Shown: piece after piece, positions 61,037-64,000 of the stretch
Layout of the letters: each line of letters opens with the position of its first letter
Position numbering within the stretch: the stretch's first letter is position 1
Assembly (NCBI GenBank): GCA_050950825.1
Contig: JBMNIH010000006.1
Location: forward strand, 32,001 to 96,000
Source: Clostridia bacterium
GTDB lineage: Bacteria > Bacillota > Clostridia > JAAYHZ01
DNA: 64,000 nt
Reading direction: 5' to 3'
Program-made: the position numbers and the translations under genes
The notes under the pieces: generated by a model
What the model was told of the DNA's origin: nothing
What the model saw: the letters and a program-made list of their open reading frames with translations, nothing else
Database searches by the model: none

Positions 61037-62154
61037 GAGATACGATGGGCATTATTTATTCGGGAGAAACCGACGCAAGTTTAAAAGAATTGACTCGTTC
61101 GAGGTCAACGGCGGCCGTACCTTTCGGCGGCCGGTACCGTATTATCGATTTCATATTGTCCGGCATGGTGAATTCGGGGATCCGCAACGTAGGAGTGATT
61201 ACCCAGAACAATTACCATTCCTTGATGGATCATTTGGAATCCGGAAGCTACTGGGACTTAGACCGCAAAAAGGACGGACTGTTCATTTTGCCTCCTTACG
61301 TGAGCAAGGGGAATACCGGATGGTACAAAGGATCGGCGGACGCCCTTCACAATTGCATCGCCTATATCCGAAGAAGCACCCAACGGTATGCGGTATTGGC
61401 CGGCGGATCCATGGTATGCAACATTACTTACGACGACGTTTTGAACTTCCACAAAGAAAAGAATGCGGACATTACGGTCATCTACAAGGATATGCCCCAA
61501 ATGGATCCGAAGGACCTTTCCAGGCATACATTGATTGAAACGGATTCTTCCGACAGAATCTGCGACATGGTCACGAAACCCTCTTTGCCGAGGTCTACCA
61601 AGGTGATCATGGAAATGTATATTATTGAAAAGGATCTGTTGGAATATTTGGTGGAAGAATGCGCTTCACGCGGCCGTACGGATTTTATAAAAGACATTTT
61701 AATCGATAATCTGCAGGACCTCCGCATATACGGATACGAATTCAAAGGATATGTGGCAAGCATTCGAACCATCAATGCCTATTTCAAGCACAGTATGGAC
61801 TTGCTGGATTGGGATATTCGGAACGATTTGTTTTTTAAAAACGGTCCCATCCATACCAAAGTCAAAGACGAGGTGCCGGCTAAATACGGTGTCGATGCCG
61901 TTGCGAAAAATTCCTTGGTTGCCGACGGATGCATCGTGGAGGGGACGATTGAAAATTGCATATTGTTCCGCGGCGTTCGCATCGCAAAAGGCGCCGTAGT
62001 GAGAAACAGCATTATCATGCAAAAATGCGAGGTGCAGGAGCAAGCGTTGATCGAAAACGTCATATTGGATAAAGACGTAATCGTAAGAAGAGGGAAGCGT
62101 TTGATCGGGCAAGACAGCTATCCCATTGTGATCGGTAAAAAAATCATTATTTAG
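61033..62154 (+). CDS. glgD: glucose-1-phosphate adenylyltransferase subunit GlgD
   Basis: [17 protein letters not shown], lacks the LAGG motif, [11 protein letters not shown]. Confidence 0.95.
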   Translation: MRDTMGIIYSGETDASLKELTRSRSTAAVPFGGRYRIIDFILSGMVNSGIRNVGVITQNNYHSLMDHLESGSYWDLDRKKDGLFILPPYVSKGNTGWYKGSADALHNCIAYIRRSTQRYAVLAGGSMVCNITYDDVLNFHKEKNADITVIYKDMPQMDPKDLSRHTLIETDSSDRICDMVTKPSLPRSTKVIMEMYIIEKDLLEYLVEECASRGRTDFIKDILIDNLQDLRIYGYEFKGYVASIRTINAYFKHSMDLLDWDIRNDLFFKNGPIHTKVKDEVPAKYGVDAVAKNSLVADGCIVEGTIENCILFRGVRIAKGAVVRNSIIMQKCEVQEQALIENVILDKDVIVRRGKRLIGQDSYPIVIGKKIII

Positions 62155-62165
62155 GAGAGACGTAC

Positions 62166-63599
62166 ATGTTGAAAATATTAATGGCGGCTTCCGAAGCGAA
62201 CCCTTTTGCAAAAACCGGCGGTTTGGCGGACGTTTTGGGTTCCCTGCCCCAAGCTTTGATAACAGCGGGTGCCGATGTTCGGGTGATCATGCCGAAATAC
62301 GGTACCATACCTTCTCATTTGAAAAACGGTATCATTCACAAACGTTACCTTTATATTCCGTTGGGGCATCGGAGCCGGTATGCAGGTTTGGAAGAAGCAA
62401 AATACAAAGGCGTCACCTTCTACTTTATCGATAACGAGGAATATTTTAAAAGGGGAGGACTATACGGATACGAAGACGACGGAGAGCGATTCGCCTTCTT
62501 TTGCAAAGCCGTTTTGGAATTGATTCCCTATTTGGACTTTGTACCGGATATTCTTCACTGCCACGACTGGCAGACCGGGATGATACCGGTTTTGCTGGAA
62601 GCCTTTTATAGAACCAAAGAACCTTACGAACACATTCAAACGGTATTTACGATTCATAATCTGAAATACCAAGGCATCTTTCCCGTATCGTTTTTTAAAG
62701 AATTTTTCGGGTTGGAGGATTCCTGGTTTACCATTGACAAGCTGGAGTTTTACGGAAATGCAAGCTTTATGAAAGGAGGTCTTGTATTTTCCAAAGCTTT
62801 GACGACGGTAAGCAAAACCTACAGCGAAGAAATTCGCTACCCCTATTTCGGCGAAGGGTTAGAAGGAGTTTTGTCCGCAAGGAAAGAGGACCTTTACGGA
62901 ATCATCAACGGAATCGATTGCGATGAATTCGACCCTTTTACGGATTCCTTGATTGTAAAACGATACGACAAGGACAGCTTGGAGAATAAAGAAGAGAACA
63001 AAGCGGAGCTGCAATTGGAGTTGAATCTGCCCATACGAAGGGATGTTCCGGTCATCGGGCTGGTATCCCGTTTGACGGATCAAAAGGGCTTGGATTTAAT
63101 CGCTTGCGTTTTGGATGAGCTTTTAATGGAAGATATTCAATTTGTCGTATTGGGAACCGGGGACCCGCAATACGAGAATATGTTCAGAGAAGCCCAAAGA
63201 AAATATCCGAACAAAATGTCGGCCAACATCCGATTCGACAATACGTTGGCTCACAGAATCTATGCTTCGTCCGACTTGTTCTTAATGCCGTCTTTATTCG
63301 AGCCCTGCGGGTTAGGGCAAATGATCGCCATGCGATACGGAAGCTTGCCCGTCGTTCGGGAAACCGGAGGCTTGAAGGATACGGTCATCCCCTATAACGA
63401 ATTCACGGGAGAAGGGAACGGCTTTTCCTTTCAAAATATTAACGCGCACGATATGCTGTATACCGTACGCTACGCATTGAGGATATATAAAGACAAAGAA
63501 CGGTTTCGAAGCATACAAAAAGAAGCCATGGCGGGGGACTTCAGCTGGAACCGGTCCGCACTCCGGTATTTGGAGGTGTACAAAAGGACCGTCGAATAA
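62166..63599 (+). CDS. glgA: glycogen synthase
   Basis: KTGGLADV, HCHDWQ, FTIHNL, FEPCGL. Confidence 0.97.
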   Translation: MLKILMAASEANPFAKTGGLADVLGSLPQALITAGADVRVIMPKYGTIPSHLKNGIIHKRYLYIPLGHRSRYAGLEEAKYKGVTFYFIDNEEYFKRGGLYGYEDDGERFAFFCKAVLELIPYLDFVPDILHCHDWQTGMIPVLLEAFYRTKEPYEHIQTVFTIHNLKYQGIFPVSFFKEFFGLEDSWFTIDKLEFYGNASFMKGGLVFSKALTTVSKTYSEEIRYPYFGEGLEGVLSARKEDLYGIINGIDCDEFDPFTDSLIVKRYDKDSLENKEENKAELQLELNLPIRRDVPVIGLVSRLTDQKGLDLIACVLDELLMEDIQFVVLGTGDPQYENMFREAQRKYPNKMSANIRFDNTLAHRIYASSDLFLMPSLFEPCGLGQMIAMRYGSLPVVRETGGLKDTVIPYNEFTGEGNGFSFQNINAHDMLYTVRYALRIYKDKERFRSIQKEAMAGDFSWNRSALRYLEVYKRTVE

Positions 63600-63652
63600 A
63601 GGGGGTTTATAAACCCCGTACATAACAAATTTTAAAACGAAAGGTTGACAAA

Positions 63653-64000
63653 ATGATTGATGCATCGGATAAAAACAAAATCAAAAGAAGATTCGAAGAC
63701 AACTTAAAAAGCCATTATGGCAGAACCGTAAAGGATGCCGGAAAAAAACAACTATACAAAGCCTGCGCTTTGACTTTAAGAGACGAAATTATGGAAAATT
63801 GGGTGGAAAGCGAGAAGAAAACCGCCGATAATCGGCAAAAACAATTGTACTACCTTTCCATCGAATTTCTTACGGGAAGAGCTCTAAGAAACAATTTAAT
63901 CAACTCTTTACAAGAGAAAGCCTATTCGGAAGCATTCCGGGAAATGGGGATTGATCCGGATGAGTTAGTGGAGTTAGAGCCGGATGCCGGATTAGGCAAC
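63653..64000 (+). CDS. glgP: glycogen phosphorylase (5' part, runs off the window)
   Basis: Translated by hand: MIDASDK...KQLYYLSIEFLTGRAL...EPDAGLGN. Confidence 0.93.
   Translation, partial: MIDASDKNKIKRRFEDNLKSHYGRTVKDAGKKQLYKACALTLRDEIMENWVESEKKTADNRQKQLYYLSIEFLTGRALRNNLINSLQEKAYSEAFREMGIDPDELVELEPDAGLGN

Noticed and set aside
1-64000. CRISPR array, cas genes, tRNA/rRNA, prophage, retron or known defence genes
   Set aside because: No repeat-spacer periodicity, RNA gene signatures, reverse transcriptase, nuclease or phage structural motifs seen

Overview
Chromosomal window from an anaerobic, probably spore-forming Clostridia-class Firmicute. The evidence is GTP-PEPCK, PerR-desulfoferrodoxin-rubrerythrin, glgB-C-D-A-P and sigmaA plus sporulation-type promoters. 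There are about 45 CDS, and I found no rRNA, tRNA, CRISPR array or phage. The left third is accessory. It holds an L,D-transpeptidase gene split by an end-less 782-bp IS3 fragment, and a complete IS1182-like element (16-bp IRs, ATATAT duplication) that separates a four-module beta-helix lipoprotein from its structured leader and may create a hybrid promoter. It also holds a DUF5320-DUF134-rubredoxin-(4Fe-4S/rubrerythrin) cluster behind twin perfect palindromes, two gene remnants, and a cytoplasmic plus secreted pair of heparinase II/III-like lyases with a shared 4-Cys motif. The best candidates for undescribed systems are the DUF134 operator/redox module, the paired lyases, three consecutive genes whose Shine-Dalgarno is separated from the start codon by a hairpin, and a TIM-barrel/acyl-CoA ligase fusion. 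All family calls come from motifs recognised by eye; no database searches were run.
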